Source of the DNA: Escherichia coli
Lineage (GTDB): Bacteria > Pseudomonadota > Gammaproteobacteria > Enterobacterales > Enterobacteriaceae
Strand: one strand, 5' to 3'
DNA: 64,000 bases
Assembly: GCF_003790525.1 (NCBI RefSeq)
Contig: NZ_CP033635.1
A program made the translations under genes and the position numbers. Positions 14,680 through 23,125 of the stretch are shown here, piece after piece; position 1 is the stretch's first letter, and every line of letters starts with the position of its first letter. Below the pieces are notes generated by a model that worked only from the letters and a program-made list of their open reading frames with translations, ran no database searches and had not been told where the DNA came from.

Positions 14680-14959
14680 AACATCCTATGCCGCCATAGT
14701 CGCCACGGCGAAGGCCGTTACCTTTTGTGATACATTGGTCCCTGCGAACCGCGATCCTTGCACGCTCAACATCACCAGAAGCAACATCCATACACTGAAG
14801 CCAAAGGTGAGCGGCAATGCGGAACTGCCCTTTTTTCTCTCTTTCAATCGCGCGTTTTTCGATCTCTATCGCCGCAGGAGTAACGGCGACAATCTTTGAC
14901 GGACTGCGCATTGAAACCTTGTTCATGTGATATTTTTCAAGTCGGCTTAACTTTCTCAC
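14660..14959 (-). CDS. hypothetical protein overlapping MTase start (true start uncertain)
   Basis: ORF in operon context between alpA-like gene and MTase; no recognisable motif. Confidence 0.3.
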   Translation of the reverse strand: MRKLSRLEKYHMNKVSMRSPSKIVAVTPAAIEIEKRAIEREKKGQFRIAAHLWLQCMDVASGDVERARIAVRRDQCITKGNGLRRGDYGGIGCCGVVYD

Positions 14960-15068
14960 TTAATCCAACCCTCTCTGAAAATTAATGCCAGCAGATAAAG
15001 CCATGCTGAAACAGAGGCCAGGAATAAGTACCATCCTGACCATTTGCTCCAGTGCCTTAGCAGCACAC

Positions 15069-15317
15069 TCATGCAGCGTTGCTCACAGGACGATATACAC
15101 GTTGCTGAACAGGAGGCTTTTTACCCTGGAACTCTGCCGGGCTTGCTGCCTGACGTTCATCAAGCCAACGCTCAACTTCATCACGGTTCCATGCGCAGCG
15201 TTTATCGGTGATATACCAGCGTTTAGGAAATTCCCCTGCGCGCTCCATACGGTCGATAGTGCTCCATGACAGTGGCACCACCGCCAGGAGTTCCTTCTTA
15301 CCTAATGCACCTTTCAT
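15069..15317 (-). CDS. AlpA/excisionase-like small DNA-binding protein
   Basis: 82 aa; LLAVVPLSWSTIDRMERAGEFPKRWYITDKRCAWNRDEVERWL resembles AlpA/Xis-type HTH proteins. Confidence 0.65.
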   Translation of the reverse strand: MKGALGKKELLAVVPLSWSTIDRMERAGEFPKRWYITDKRCAWNRDEVERWLDERQAASPAEFQGKKPPVQQRVYRPVSNAA

Positions 15318-15366
15318 AAATACCTCTCTTGGTTGCAGTGCGGCGCGCGTGGCGCCGCGGTGGTGG

Positions 15367-16248
15367 TTACATAGATGTTTCGTTTAATTCTTCCCGACGA
15401 ACGCTGTAAACGTCGGTGGCTTTTGCCAGCAGTTCGTCATCATCTGAAAGTTTTTGTGCAATGTATTTGTAAGCCTTATCCAGTTCGGAGACAGTGCTGT
15501 AATTCATCGCTGCGCTGGTAAAGGCCATCAGCATTTCTTCTGGCTCACGGCTATCCGCTTTACGCGTTTGCTCATCAGGCTTTTTCACTGATTTAGCGTT
15601 GATCAGACTGTTCATTCCCGCAGCCGTAGTCATTTGCGGAGTAATGTCTCGCTCAACGCGCGGTGCCGTTTCCTGTAATTCGTCAGGGGTGTAAACACCG
15701 AGAAGTACATCAGGAGCGTGCAGGCGAGCCCATCGTTTCGTGCAAAGATATGCAAGTTGCTGGCGCGGATCCTGTTCCCACAATGGAGAGTTACGCACTC
15801 CTGCTTGCGCCATACTGATGGTAAGCTCACGTGGTTCTGCTTCTCCTTTAAGAACTGCTGACACAGTTACCGTCAGATTCGGTGATTTATCTGTTTTGCC
15901 GTTAACATTCGACCAGTCACCGCTCCAGCGATAATTCAGGCGTGTCGCCAGCAGGCTGGAAGAGGATACGACCGCGTTTACCAACTGTGCTTCGTAGCCT
16001 AACGTTCCGTTTACCACATGCGTTTTCTGCGCCACGGCGAAAGGGTTCATTCCCCACTGTGCCGCCTGCATGGTCACCGCCAGGCAATCGGCAGGTTTGC
16101 CTTCAAGATGTTTCGGTACAGTCGCTTTGCTTTGTGACATCAACTCCGCGAAACGCACCAGTTGATTCATACCCTCGGGGCTGAAGATTGCAGCAGCAGT
16201 GCCTACAGTTGCGCCTGGTTGTGATGTGATTGCGATATCATTGCTCAT
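15367..16248 (-). CDS. RecT-family single-strand annealing recombinase
   Basis: 293 aa; position immediately downstream of and coupled (ATGA overlap) to the exonuclease gene; RecT-like sequence. Confidence 0.75.
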   Translation of the reverse strand: MSNDIAITSQPGATVGTAAAIFSPEGMNQLVRFAELMSQSKATVPKHLEGKPADCLAVTMQAAQWGMNPFAVAQKTHVVNGTLGYEAQLVNAVVSSSSLLATRLNYRWSGDWSNVNGKTDKSPNLTVTVSAVLKGEAEPRELTISMAQAGVRNSPLWEQDPRQQLAYLCTKRWARLHAPDVLLGVYTPDELQETAPRVERDITPQMTTAAGMNSLINAKSVKKPDEQTRKADSREPEEMLMAFTSAAMNYSTVSELDKAYKYIAQKLSDDDELLAKATDVYSVRREELNETSM

Positions 16249-17066
16249 ACGTACATATCCTGTTTACGTGCCCAGTCAGGGCGTTTAATAATTTCCACTC
16301 CGCCCCATTCATCGTTGATGCGGCATTCGTGATAGGTATTCAGATCCCGGCGGAACAGAGCGTGCCCGGCATCGACATCCTGCGCATCCAGCTCGAACAC
16401 GCGTACCGGATACCGACCACAATCAATGCTTTCGCTCACGGCAAGAAAGAAAAAACCATGCGGCTGACCAGTAACCATCATTGCGCCTTCGCGGTACATT
16501 GCGTCCTGCACGTGGTAGCGGAATTCCTCGATGTGGCGTGCAAAACGGTCCATATCTGCAACCTTTTTCACGTCGACGATCACGTTGTGCTCGTTCAGCC
16601 ATTTGTCTGGACGAATTCGGCACAACTCCCCCGTCTCTTCATCGTTCCAGTACATTGATGCTTCGCAGTAACCAGGTGCTTCCAGCATCCAGCGTGCCGC
16701 CGGGTGAGCCATTGCGCTATCACGCATCAGCTCCAGTTTCCGCCACTGCTCGGCATCAAGTACCGTAATCCCCATATCCGCCACATCACGAAGAAATTCC
16801 TCTTCGTCAGCTTTACCTTGTTTCGTCCGACGATCGAATTTCGGTGAAACAATGAAGCGTTTGTCGAACTCTCCAGGCTCCAGAAGCAGACAGTGCAATG
16901 CGGTTCCCATATCCAGTGCAGACTTTTTCTCTTCGTCTTCTGGTGCTGCCTGAACCCATTTAAGAAGCGCCGGATTCTTGGCAACCATGTCCAGTTGCGA
17001 CTTACTCACGCCGTCACCGGCGTGGTAGTCTTCGTTGCTGATGTCGAAATAAATTCCCGGTTTCAT
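16245..17066 (-). CDS. phage recombination exonuclease (RecE C-terminal / PD-(D/E)XK-like)
   Basis: 273 aa; MKPGIYFDISNEDYHAGDGVSKSQLD... N-terminus typical of this exonuclease family; partner of RecT. Confidence 0.7.
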   Translation of the reverse strand: MKPGIYFDISNEDYHAGDGVSKSQLDMVAKNPALLKWVQAAPEDEEKKSALDMGTALHCLLLEPGEFDKRFIVSPKFDRRTKQGKADEEEFLRDVADMGITVLDAEQWRKLELMRDSAMAHPAARWMLEAPGYCEASMYWNDEETGELCRIRPDKWLNEHNVIVDVKKVADMDRFARHIEEFRYHVQDAMYREGAMMVTGQPHGFFFLAVSESIDCGRYPVRVFELDAQDVDAGHALFRRDLNTYHECRINDEWGGVEIIKRPDWARKQDMYV

Positions 17067-17362
17067 GCCGCGTCCCTCTGCCCATCAAGCTGATCAGCCA
17101 GATCCCAGCGGGCGATAATTGCCATTGCCTCGCGCCGGTAGGCATCCATTAGTTCTTCGAACTCAGGGCTGTCTTTAGCGGCCTCCAGTACTTCCTGGCG
17201 AACGCCTTTAACTGTTACAACGTCGAAAGTTGATGCCAGTTGATGAAGCCGGATACTCTCAATCAGTTCAACTTGTCGGTCATATAGCTGTTCTGACAGA
17301 CGGTAGTCCTTGTCGAATGCCAGCATGATTTTTTGAAGATTTTTCTGCTGATTAACGTTCAT
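17063..17362 (-). CDS. hypothetical early protein (start MNVNQQ)
   Basis: ATGA overlaps with flanking genes; SD GGGAGGG upstream. Confidence 0.4.
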   Translation of the reverse strand: MNVNQQKNLQKIMLAFDKDYRLSEQLYDRQVELIESIRLHQLASTFDVVTVKGVRQEVLEAAKDSPEFEELMDAYRREAMAIIARWDLADQLDGQRDAA

Positions 17363-17364
17363 TA

Positions 17365-17517
17365 TCAGCCCTCCCATATCTCGTTATCGTTGGCCACATC
17401 GCGAGCTTCTTTGCTGACGAAAGCCCACTTAATGCCTTCCTGTAAGGTGCGGAACTTCCAGCTCATGAATCCGCATGCAGTAACGCAGTACCAACCGTTG
17501 ATGATTTTCCACTGCAT
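17365..17517 (-). CDS. small Cys-containing early protein (50 aa), first gene of leftward early operon
   Basis: ATG 17517 with SD GAGGTAA; MQWKIINGWYCVTACGFMSWKF...; not in ORF track (<60 aa). Confidence 0.3.
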   Translation of the reverse strand: MQWKIINGWYCVTACGFMSWKFRTLQEGIKWAFVSKEARDVANDNEIWEG

Positions 17518-17536
17518 AACTTGTTACCTCGGTCTG

Positions 17537-17551
17537 TTACCGTTGAGGTAA
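17537..17551. promoter_or_regulatory. TTACC-N5-GGTAA operator-like site (perfect), leftward early promoter region
   Basis: TTACC GTTGA GGTAA. Confidence 0.5.
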
Positions 17552-17598
17552 TAATTATGCGTATATGGTTTGATGTCAATAGATATGAGTTAAAAAAA

Positions 17599-17613
17599 TT
17601 ACCCGTTAGGTAA
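17599..17613. promoter_or_regulatory. TTACC-N5-GGTAA operator-like site (perfect), leftward early promoter region
   Basis: TTACC CGTTA GGTAA. Confidence 0.5.
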
Positions 17614-17622
17614 TCGAATAGG

Positions 17623-17650
17623 CAATAAAAAAGCCGCCATAAGGCGGCTT
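17623..17650 (-). terminator. rho-independent terminator after repressor gene
   Basis: aagccgcc ataa ggcggctt hairpin with T-run on minus strand. Confidence 0.55.
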
Positions 17651-17670
17651 ACTTACTGAAAAATATGGTT

Positions 17671-18255
17671 TTATTGTTTGTTTTTTTCGTTCTGGTTGAT
17701 GACAAATTCAATGTAACTTTCGATCTTTGCTTTCTCGGTTTCGGGTAACAATGCGTAGCGCGAGCGATCATAGTTGATGGTCGCAGGGTCATGCGGATGA
17801 ATCAGTAGTTCATATCCGTGACGCCCGAATGCAGATGCAACATTCTCCAGGGTGGAAATGGAAACGCTGACCTCATTGTTTAACAGGCGGCTTATTGTCA
17901 CCTGGGCGACGCCGGATGCGCGGTGAAGTTTTCCCTGAGTTGAAAGGTCGCGGCTTTCACTCATCCAGCGTTCCAGGTTGTGAGCCGCCAGCTGACCTAT
18001 ATCACTCGGGCCGACAGGCTGAAAACCCTCCTGAGAAAGCGAGCGATCAATATCAAGCCAGTTACGGGGTTTATTGGCGGCAGCTTCAATTTTTCGCGCA
18101 ACCTGGTCGCCGATAACCTTCTTGCCAAGAGCCCAGCGGTTTACCAGATTTGCCTGAGTTCCAAGTTTTTCTGCCATCCGCGTCTGAACACCATTGAATT
18201 CACGGTCGATCAAGTCGTTGAGATTTTGCCTGCGGACGTCCTGGATACTTTTCAT
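17671..18255 (-). CDS. putative immunity repressor with two HTH regions, no S24 peptidase domain
   Basis: 194 aa; HTH-like segments TRMAEKLGTQANLVNRWALG and ASGVAQVTISRLLNNEVSVSISTLENVASAF; divergent from cro-like gene across an operator cluster. Confidence 0.6.
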   Translation of the reverse strand: MKSIQDVRRQNLNDLIDREFNGVQTRMAEKLGTQANLVNRWALGKKVIGDQVARKIEAAANKPRNWLDIDRSLSQEGFQPVGPSDIGQLAAHNLERWMSESRDLSTQGKLHRASGVAQVTISRLLNNEVSVSISTLENVASAFGRHGYELLIHPHDPATINYDRSRYALLPETEKAKIESYIEFVINQNEKNKQ

Positions 18256-18310
18256 TTTCTGGAAAATCGCCTCATATATGAATCAGTAGATGATTCAATT
18301 TAAAGCAATA

Positions 18311-18325
18311 TTACCCAACAGGTAA
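18311..18325. promoter_or_regulatory. operator-like site 1 of 3 in repressor/cro intergenic region (perfect TTACC CAACA GGTAA)
   Basis: Palindrome in divergent promoter region. Confidence 0.55.
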
Positions 18326-18327
18326 AT

Positions 18328-18342
18328 GCACCTCATGGGTAA
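18328..18342. promoter_or_regulatory. operator-like site 2 of 3 (GCACC TCATG GGTAA, one degenerate half)
   Basis: Adjacent to site 1. Confidence 0.35.
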
Positions 18343-18358
18343 CTATCCTTGATTTTTG

Positions 18359-18373
18359 TTACCTTATGGGTGA
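18359..18373. promoter_or_regulatory. operator-like site 3 of 3 (TTACC TTATG GGTGA), overlaps putative rightward promoter
   Basis: Possible -35 TTGATT at 18349-18354 and -10-like GAATAT at 18372-18377. Confidence 0.4.
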
Positions 18374-18409
18374 ATATTTATTATCTGAAATAAATATCAG
18401 GCAATAGCT

Positions 18410-18640
18410 ATGAGCGATAACGGACATTTCGATTTCAAAAAGCACTGGCTTGCACTTACTCCGGATGAGCGTGAAGCCTTCGCACAGGAAGCCGGAACGA
18501 CGAGTCACTATATCCAGACTCACTTAACAGGTAAGCGCAAAATGCCAGGTAAAGTATTGATGAATGGGCTTTTTAAAGCCTGTAAAACAAGACAATGGCT
18601 GCGCTCAAAAGCAGAACTGGCATACTTCTTCTACTCATGA
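18410..18640 (+). CDS. Cro-like small regulatory protein
   Basis: 76 aa; divergent from repressor; MSDNGHFDFKKHWLALTPDEREAFAQEAGTTSHYIQTHLTGKRK. Confidence 0.5.
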   Translation: MSDNGHFDFKKHWLALTPDEREAFAQEAGTTSHYIQTHLTGKRKMPGKVLMNGLFKACKTRQWLRSKAELAYFFYS

Positions 18641-18695
18641 TATCCAGCTACAACCCTCTGTAGACCGCCACCCGGCGGTCTTTTCATATCTATTC

Positions 18696-18710
18696 GTACC
18701 TCAAAGGTAA
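18696..18710. promoter_or_regulatory. TTACC-N5-GGTAA-like site (GTACC TCAAA GGTAA)
   Basis: Between cro-like gene and next ORF. Confidence 0.35.
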
Positions 18711-18788
18711 TAAAAAACCAAATCTGGTTGATCAAATTTTCCAATTGTGCAAAATAGCCAATATCAATAACAAAAAGGTGCGGAAAAA

Positions 18789-19001
18789 TTGAAGATAGTA
18801 ACCAGAATGGAGGCCGCAAAAGCCGGGTTAAATCGCTATTTCACAGGAAAGCGGTGCCGTCACGGCCATCTCTCTGAAAGGTATGTTCTGAACGGAACAT
18901 GTGTTGAATGTGCAATGAATAGCGCCAACCGCCATCGTAATGAATTTGCTTGTGCACTAAAGAGTGCAAGAGGGGAAACCTATGGCAAGCAGCTGGATTA
19001 A
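18789..19001 (+). CDS. small Cys4 zinc-ribbon protein (hypothetical), alternative start
   Basis: CRHGH...CVEC pattern; start codon uncertain (TTG). Confidence 0.3.
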   Translation: MKIVTRMEAAKAGLNRYFTGKRCRHGHLSERYVLNGTCVECAMNSANRHRNEFACALKSARGETYGKQLD

Positions 19002-19812
19002 GGTTGAAGTTATCACTCCTGATAAACCTGAAATTTTTCAGATAGCAGAAATTCTGGGTATTGATCCAGATGCTGTTCTTGGAAAGCTGGTTCGTATATG
19101 GGCATGGGCTGACCAGCAAACAATAGACGGTAACGCTGGCAGCGTTACAAAAGGAGTACTTGATAGACTCGCTTTTATTACAGGATTTGCTGACGCCCTC
19201 ATTAGCGTCGGATGGCTTGCTTATCATGACGGCAAACTAATTCTTCCAAACTTTGAGCGACACAATGGAGAATCATCGAAAAAACGTGCACTTACGAATA
19301 GAAGAGTGGCAGAGCATCGAAAACGAGTAACGCAAAAAGTAACGCCAACAGCGTTACAAAAGGAGTTACCAGAGGAAGAGGAAGAGGAAGATATATATAA
19401 AACCCCACACATAGCGCACGTGCGCGAGGGGGCTACGACCAGTGAAGCGAACGGTATGCCGTTGCAGGTGGCTGAACCTGAATTTCTGGATGGCCTGAGT
19501 GAACCCATCGGGAAATTTCCGATGACCGATGACTGGCATCCGTCGCCGGATTTTCGACGGCGTGCTGCGCTGTGGGGAACGGCCCTGCCGGAACCGGAAT
19601 TTACACCTGCTGAACTTGCTGCATTCCGGGATTACTGGATGGCTGAGGGCAAAGTGTTCACGCAGGTTCAGTGGGAACAAAAATTCGCCAGGCACGTAAA
19701 TCATATCAGGGGAAAATCAAAAAACGCCGGGAAAAGCGATGAGCTTGACTGGAATAACACTGACTGGATAGAAGGGGTGTGGGATGAAATCAACTCCAGA
19801 ACTTCTCAATGA
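18982..19812 (+). CDS. phage replisome organiser (lambda O-like role)
   Basis: MASSWIKVEVITPDKPEIFQIAEILGIDPDAVLGKLVRIWAWADQQ N-terminal domain; precedes P-like gene. Confidence 0.6.
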   Translation: MASSWIKVEVITPDKPEIFQIAEILGIDPDAVLGKLVRIWAWADQQTIDGNAGSVTKGVLDRLAFITGFADALISVGWLAYHDGKLILPNFERHNGESSKKRALTNRRVAEHRKRVTQKVTPTALQKELPEEEEEEDIYKTPHIAHVREGATTSEANGMPLQVAEPEFLDGLSEPIGKFPMTDDWHPSPDFRRRAALWGTALPEPEFTPAELAAFRDYWMAEGKVFTQVQWEQKFARHVNHIRGKSKNAGKSDELDWNNTDWIEGVWDEINSRTSQ

Positions 19813-20560
19813 GTACGATCGCTTACGTGAGCATGGTGTTGCTGTGCATGAAGAGCGGCGTGACAGCAATGGCAAAAAGGAGCAGGTCGCTAGAATTTTC
19901 AATGAACTATTTGTCCAGTTACAGGCTGCATTTCCCGCAAGCGTTTCGACCATAAGGGAGCAGAACAAACTTAATGAATTCCGTAAGCAATGGATGCTTG
20001 CGTTTCTGGAGAATGGGATCACAACAATGGAACAGGTTAACGCTGGTATGCGCCACGCCCGCGCCAGTGAGTCTCCGTTCTGGCCGTCGCCAGGGCAATT
20101 TATCAAGTGGTGTAAAGACAGCAAGATGGTTCTTGGCGTCACCATTGACGATGTGATGGCGGAGTTTCACCGGTACAGCAAGGAAAAAAGTTTATATCCT
20201 GGTGGTCCCGAAAGATTCCCGTGGCGGCATCCGGTTATGTACTGGGTCGTATGTGATACCCGCCGTGCAATGTATCAGCGCCAGCTTAGCGAGATTGAAG
20301 TTGAGAAACACGCGCGCAGGCTGCTCGATGATTGGGCGAAAAAGGTGGCTTCCGGGCAGCAGATACCCGATCCGGTGATCAGCATACAGGCAAAGCCAGA
20401 ACCCATGAGTACGCCTCCGGACACAGGGAGAGACGTTTACCACCCGCCAGGGCGAAGTTTCGGGTGCATGCCTAACGCCGCCACCCTTGGGGGAATAACA
20501 CCGGCTCAGTGGCTGATGGAGGAATACAGGCGGGGAAAGGCGGCAGGATTTATCAAGTAA
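19784..20560 (+). CDS. replication protein P-like (DnaB helicase loader)
   Basis: Segment FPASVSTIREQNKLNEFRKQWMLAFLENGITTMEQVNAGMRHAR closely resembles lambda P as recalled. Confidence 0.7.
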   Translation: MKSTPELLNEYDRLREHGVAVHEERRDSNGKKEQVARIFNELFVQLQAAFPASVSTIREQNKLNEFRKQWMLAFLENGITTMEQVNAGMRHARASESPFWPSPGQFIKWCKDSKMVLGVTIDDVMAEFHRYSKEKSLYPGGPERFPWRHPVMYWVVCDTRRAMYQRQLSEIEVEKHARRLLDDWAKKVASGQQIPDPVISIQAKPEPMSTPPDTGRDVYHPPGRSFGCMPNAATLGGITPAQWLMEEYRRGKAAGFIK

Positions 20561-20597
20561 TACCAGCGCGATAGCGCATTTTTTTACGCCTTGATAA

Positions 20598-20612
20598 TTA
20601 CCTGTAGGGTAA
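20598..20612. promoter_or_regulatory. TTACC-N5-GGTAA operator-like site (perfect)
   Basis: TTACC TGTAG GGTAA. Confidence 0.5.
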
Positions 20613-20659
20613 CAAAATATTCTAAACTCTATTGATTTCGTGTCTTATGTGGTTTTTAA

Positions 20660-20674
20660 TTACCTCAGAGGTAA
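20660..20674. promoter_or_regulatory. TTACC-N5-GGTAA operator-like site (perfect), ends 4 nt before ATG 20678
   Basis: TTACC TCAGA GGTAA; GAGGT half doubles as SD. Confidence 0.5.
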
Positions 20675-20677
20675 ATC

Positions 20678-21022
20678 ATGAGAAAACAGATACAGGCTCT
20701 TGGTCGACTCAAAACAGGCCAGATGAACAAAACAGAATCTGCGTATTGCCAGCACCTTGAGCTGCGTAAACGTGCAGGGGAAATCGCCTGGTATCGATTC
20801 GAGGGTATCAAGCTGCGGTTAGCTGACAACACGTTCTATACGCCCGATTTTGCTGTGATGCTCGCCACCGGCGAGATGGAACTGCACGAAGTGAAAGGTT
20901 TCTGGACCGACGACGCTAGGGTGAAAACCAAAGTCGCCGCAGATCAGTATCCGTTCCGAATCATCGGGGTAACGGTTAAACCAAAGAAAGCAGGTGGTGG
21001 CTGGAACATCGAAGAGTTCTGA
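20678..21022 (+). CDS. small phage protein (DUF1064-like, uncertain)
   Basis: 114 aa; MRKQIQALGRLKTGQMNKTESAYCQHLELRKRAGEIAWYRFEGIKLRL. Confidence 0.4.
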   Translation: MRKQIQALGRLKTGQMNKTESAYCQHLELRKRAGEIAWYRFEGIKLRLADNTFYTPDFAVMLATGEMELHEVKGFWTDDARVKTKVAADQYPFRIIGVTVKPKKAGGGWNIEEF

Positions 21023-21083
21023 ATCGACGATCTTTTTAGTTATCAATGTAATCAATAAGTTATGTGGATAAGCGAGGGTAAAG

Positions 21084-21626
21084 ATGGAAAGTAATATCAA
21101 AGGGTTAGTTGCCGCCGGGCATGAGATGGCTTCGGAACTGAAAGCTGAATGTGGTGCCGTTGATATGCGTAGTGTGGCAAAGCTGCTCAGCGATTTGGCA
21201 ACGCAACTGGAAGTGCAACTGGTGCGTGCTAATGCGCTGGCCGAAGACCAACAGAGAGCGATTGAGTCAATTAAGCAGGCTGATTCGGCTGTTAAGTTGG
21301 CACACAAGAAGTTTTCGGAGCTGGCAGCGGAGAATGCGGCACTGAAGGCTGCGCACCCTCAACCATTCGGACCTGAGATGATGAAGGCTCTTGATGCGTA
21401 TGAGAAGTATCAGGATGAAGTGCCGGAGACTGGGATGCTCAATGCATTTTTCATCTTGCGCGACAGTATCCGTGTTGACACCCCAGCCACCGACGCTTTC
21501 CTAGCTGAAGTTCGAGCGCAGGGTGTAGATATGGCAGCTTGCGCCCTTGATAACGTAAACCAGTTCAATTACGCAAACATGCTCGATGATTTAGCGCAGA
21601 AGATTCGCAAAGGAGTGCAGTCATGA
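21084..21626 (+). CDS. hypothetical coiled-coil protein
   Basis: 180 aa ORF with SD; stop overlaps next ATG. Confidence 0.4.
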   Translation: MESNIKGLVAAGHEMASELKAECGAVDMRSVAKLLSDLATQLEVQLVRANALAEDQQRAIESIKQADSAVKLAHKKFSELAAENAALKAAHPQPFGPEMMKALDAYEKYQDEVPETGMLNAFFILRDSIRVDTPATDAFLAEVRAQGVDMAACALDNVNQFNYANMLDDLAQKIRKGVQS

Positions 21627-21808
21627 AAAACCGTAAAGCCAAAATCATCGTTCTTCGCGCTCTGAAAAACTGCTACCCGCGCCAATGGCTGAATGTAAGC
21701 AATCGACGCATGGTTCTCTTCACGCTAGGTGGTGTTAGCCGTGAAGGGCATCAATTCAAAAACAGCGCAGCACAGAATCGCTGGAAGAATCATGCGAGGT
21801 TCCAATGA
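21623..21808 (+). CDS. small basic protein, MKNRKAK family copy A
   Basis: N-terminus MKNRKAKI and C-terminus SAAQNRWKNH shared with copy C; synonymous differences in the shared C-terminal codons. Confidence 0.4.
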   Translation: MKNRKAKIIVLRALKNCYPRQWLNVSNRRMVLFTLGGVSREGHQFKNSAAQNRWKNHARFQ

Positions 21809-21914
21809 GCAATATCGACAAGCGGCCTCTACGTGACAAGCTGTCACCGTATGACACAGAAGAGATGCTTGAGGCTATGCGTATTTTTCTGTAAGAACAG
21901 GGAGGTGAGCAAAA

Positions 21915-22232
21915 ATGACGATCACAAAACAACGGGTAGAAGAAATCATATCCCGCATTGAAATGTATGGGCATGGCGCAGGGTATACCGCCGAAGAGGT
22001 TTATGACCTGGCTGTACTGGCGCTGAATTTATCAAATATCGCAAAACTCAAGCGATACGAGCTTGATATGGATGGTTGTGACTCGTTCGGTCAGGATTGT
22101 GGCGCTGACATGACTGAAGATTCTGATGGCGATTATGTCCTGTTTGATGACGTGGTTAAGTTGTTTGAGTTTGATACAACCACTCAGAAGATAGAAAGCC
22201 CAGCAAAGGAGGCAACCAGTGAGCAAGATTGA
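21915..22232 (+). CDS. hypothetical acidic protein
   Basis: 105 aa ORF, SD GGAGG upstream. Confidence 0.35.
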   Translation: MTITKQRVEEIISRIEMYGHGAGYTAEEVYDLAVLALNLSNIAKLKRYELDMDGCDSFGQDCGADMTEDSDGDYVLFDDVVKLFEFDTTTQKIESPAKEATSEQD

Positions 22233-22773
22233 CTATCAGGCACTGCGTGAAAAGGCAGAGAAAGCAACGTGTGGTGTATGGTCGATCGAATATGGAGAGA
22301 GCCGATTTGATGGTGATGATGCGTTAATTCACCGTGAAGTTGCTGGATATATTCCCATTTGCAGAATTGAAGGAGCGCATCCTGAAAGCGGTTTCGATGA
22401 AGATTTCCAAACTGAACAGCAGGCCAATGCTGAATTCATCGCCGCAGCCAATCCGGCTACTGTGCTGGCGCTTCTGGATGAACGGGAAAGAAACCAGCAA
22501 TACATCAAACGCCGCGACCAGGAGAACGAGGATATTGCGCTAACGGTAGGGAAGCTGCGCGTTGAGCTGGAAGCCGCAGAGAAGCGCATAGCAGAACTGG
22601 AAGCGCGGGAAATACTGCTCCCTGAACGTAGCAGCATGCTTCATCGAACAGATTTTCACGATGATTACCAAACGGTAATGGCATACAAAGTTTCTGAAGT
22701 CATCGATGCAATCCGCGCTACTGGCATTTGCATCAAAGGAGACGCAGGAGAGCAAAACGATGAAAAACCGTAA
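22219..22773 (+). CDS. Ead/Ea22-like early protein (uncertain)
   Basis: Contains NAEFIAAANPATVLALLDERE segment typical of this family as recalled; coiled-coil C-terminus. Confidence 0.45.
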   Translation: MSKIDYQALREKAEKATCGVWSIEYGESRFDGDDALIHREVAGYIPICRIEGAHPESGFDEDFQTEQQANAEFIAAANPATVLALLDERERNQQYIKRRDQENEDIALTVGKLRVELEAAEKRIAELEAREILLPERSSMLHRTDFHDDYQTVMAYKVSEVIDAIRATGICIKGDAGEQNDEKP

Positions 22774-22936
22774 AGCAAAATTACTTCTTTTATCGCGTTC
22801 GACGGGGTACGAGAAGCTACCAATCAGCAATCACAAACGGGCGGTGATCGGCATGTTTGGTAGGGTGGTATTCGCATTTAACTATAAACCCACCGCGTCG
22901 CGGAACAGACGAGAGAAGGGGTACGCAGTGCGATGA
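22760..22936 (+). CDS. small basic protein, MKNRKAK family copy B
   Basis: Starts with conserved ATGAAAAACCGTAAAGC; overlaps upstream gene end. Confidence 0.3.
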   Translation: MKNRKAKLLLLSRSTGYEKLPISNHKRAVIGMFGRVVFAFNYKPTASRNRREKGYAVR

Positions 22937-23124
22937 AAAACCGTAAGGCAAAGATGCTGATAGCAAAGCCCGGGCAGCGTATCCGTATCTCAAATCGGCT
23001 TGTTATTTACTATAGATATCTGGGTTTTAGGGGGTGTTCCTCTATTCGTTTTTACGGTGTCTGGCGAAACAGAAGCGCAGCACAAAACCGCTGGAAAAAC
23101 CACTTTCGCACTAAAGGAGAGTGA
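22933..23124 (+). CDS. small basic protein, MKNRKAK family copy C
   Basis: MKNRKAKM...SAAQNRWKNHFRTKGE. Confidence 0.4.
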   Translation: MKNRKAKMLIAKPGQRIRISNRLVIYYRYLGFRGCSSIRFYGVWRNRSAAQNRWKNHFRTKGE

Positions 23125-23125
23125 T

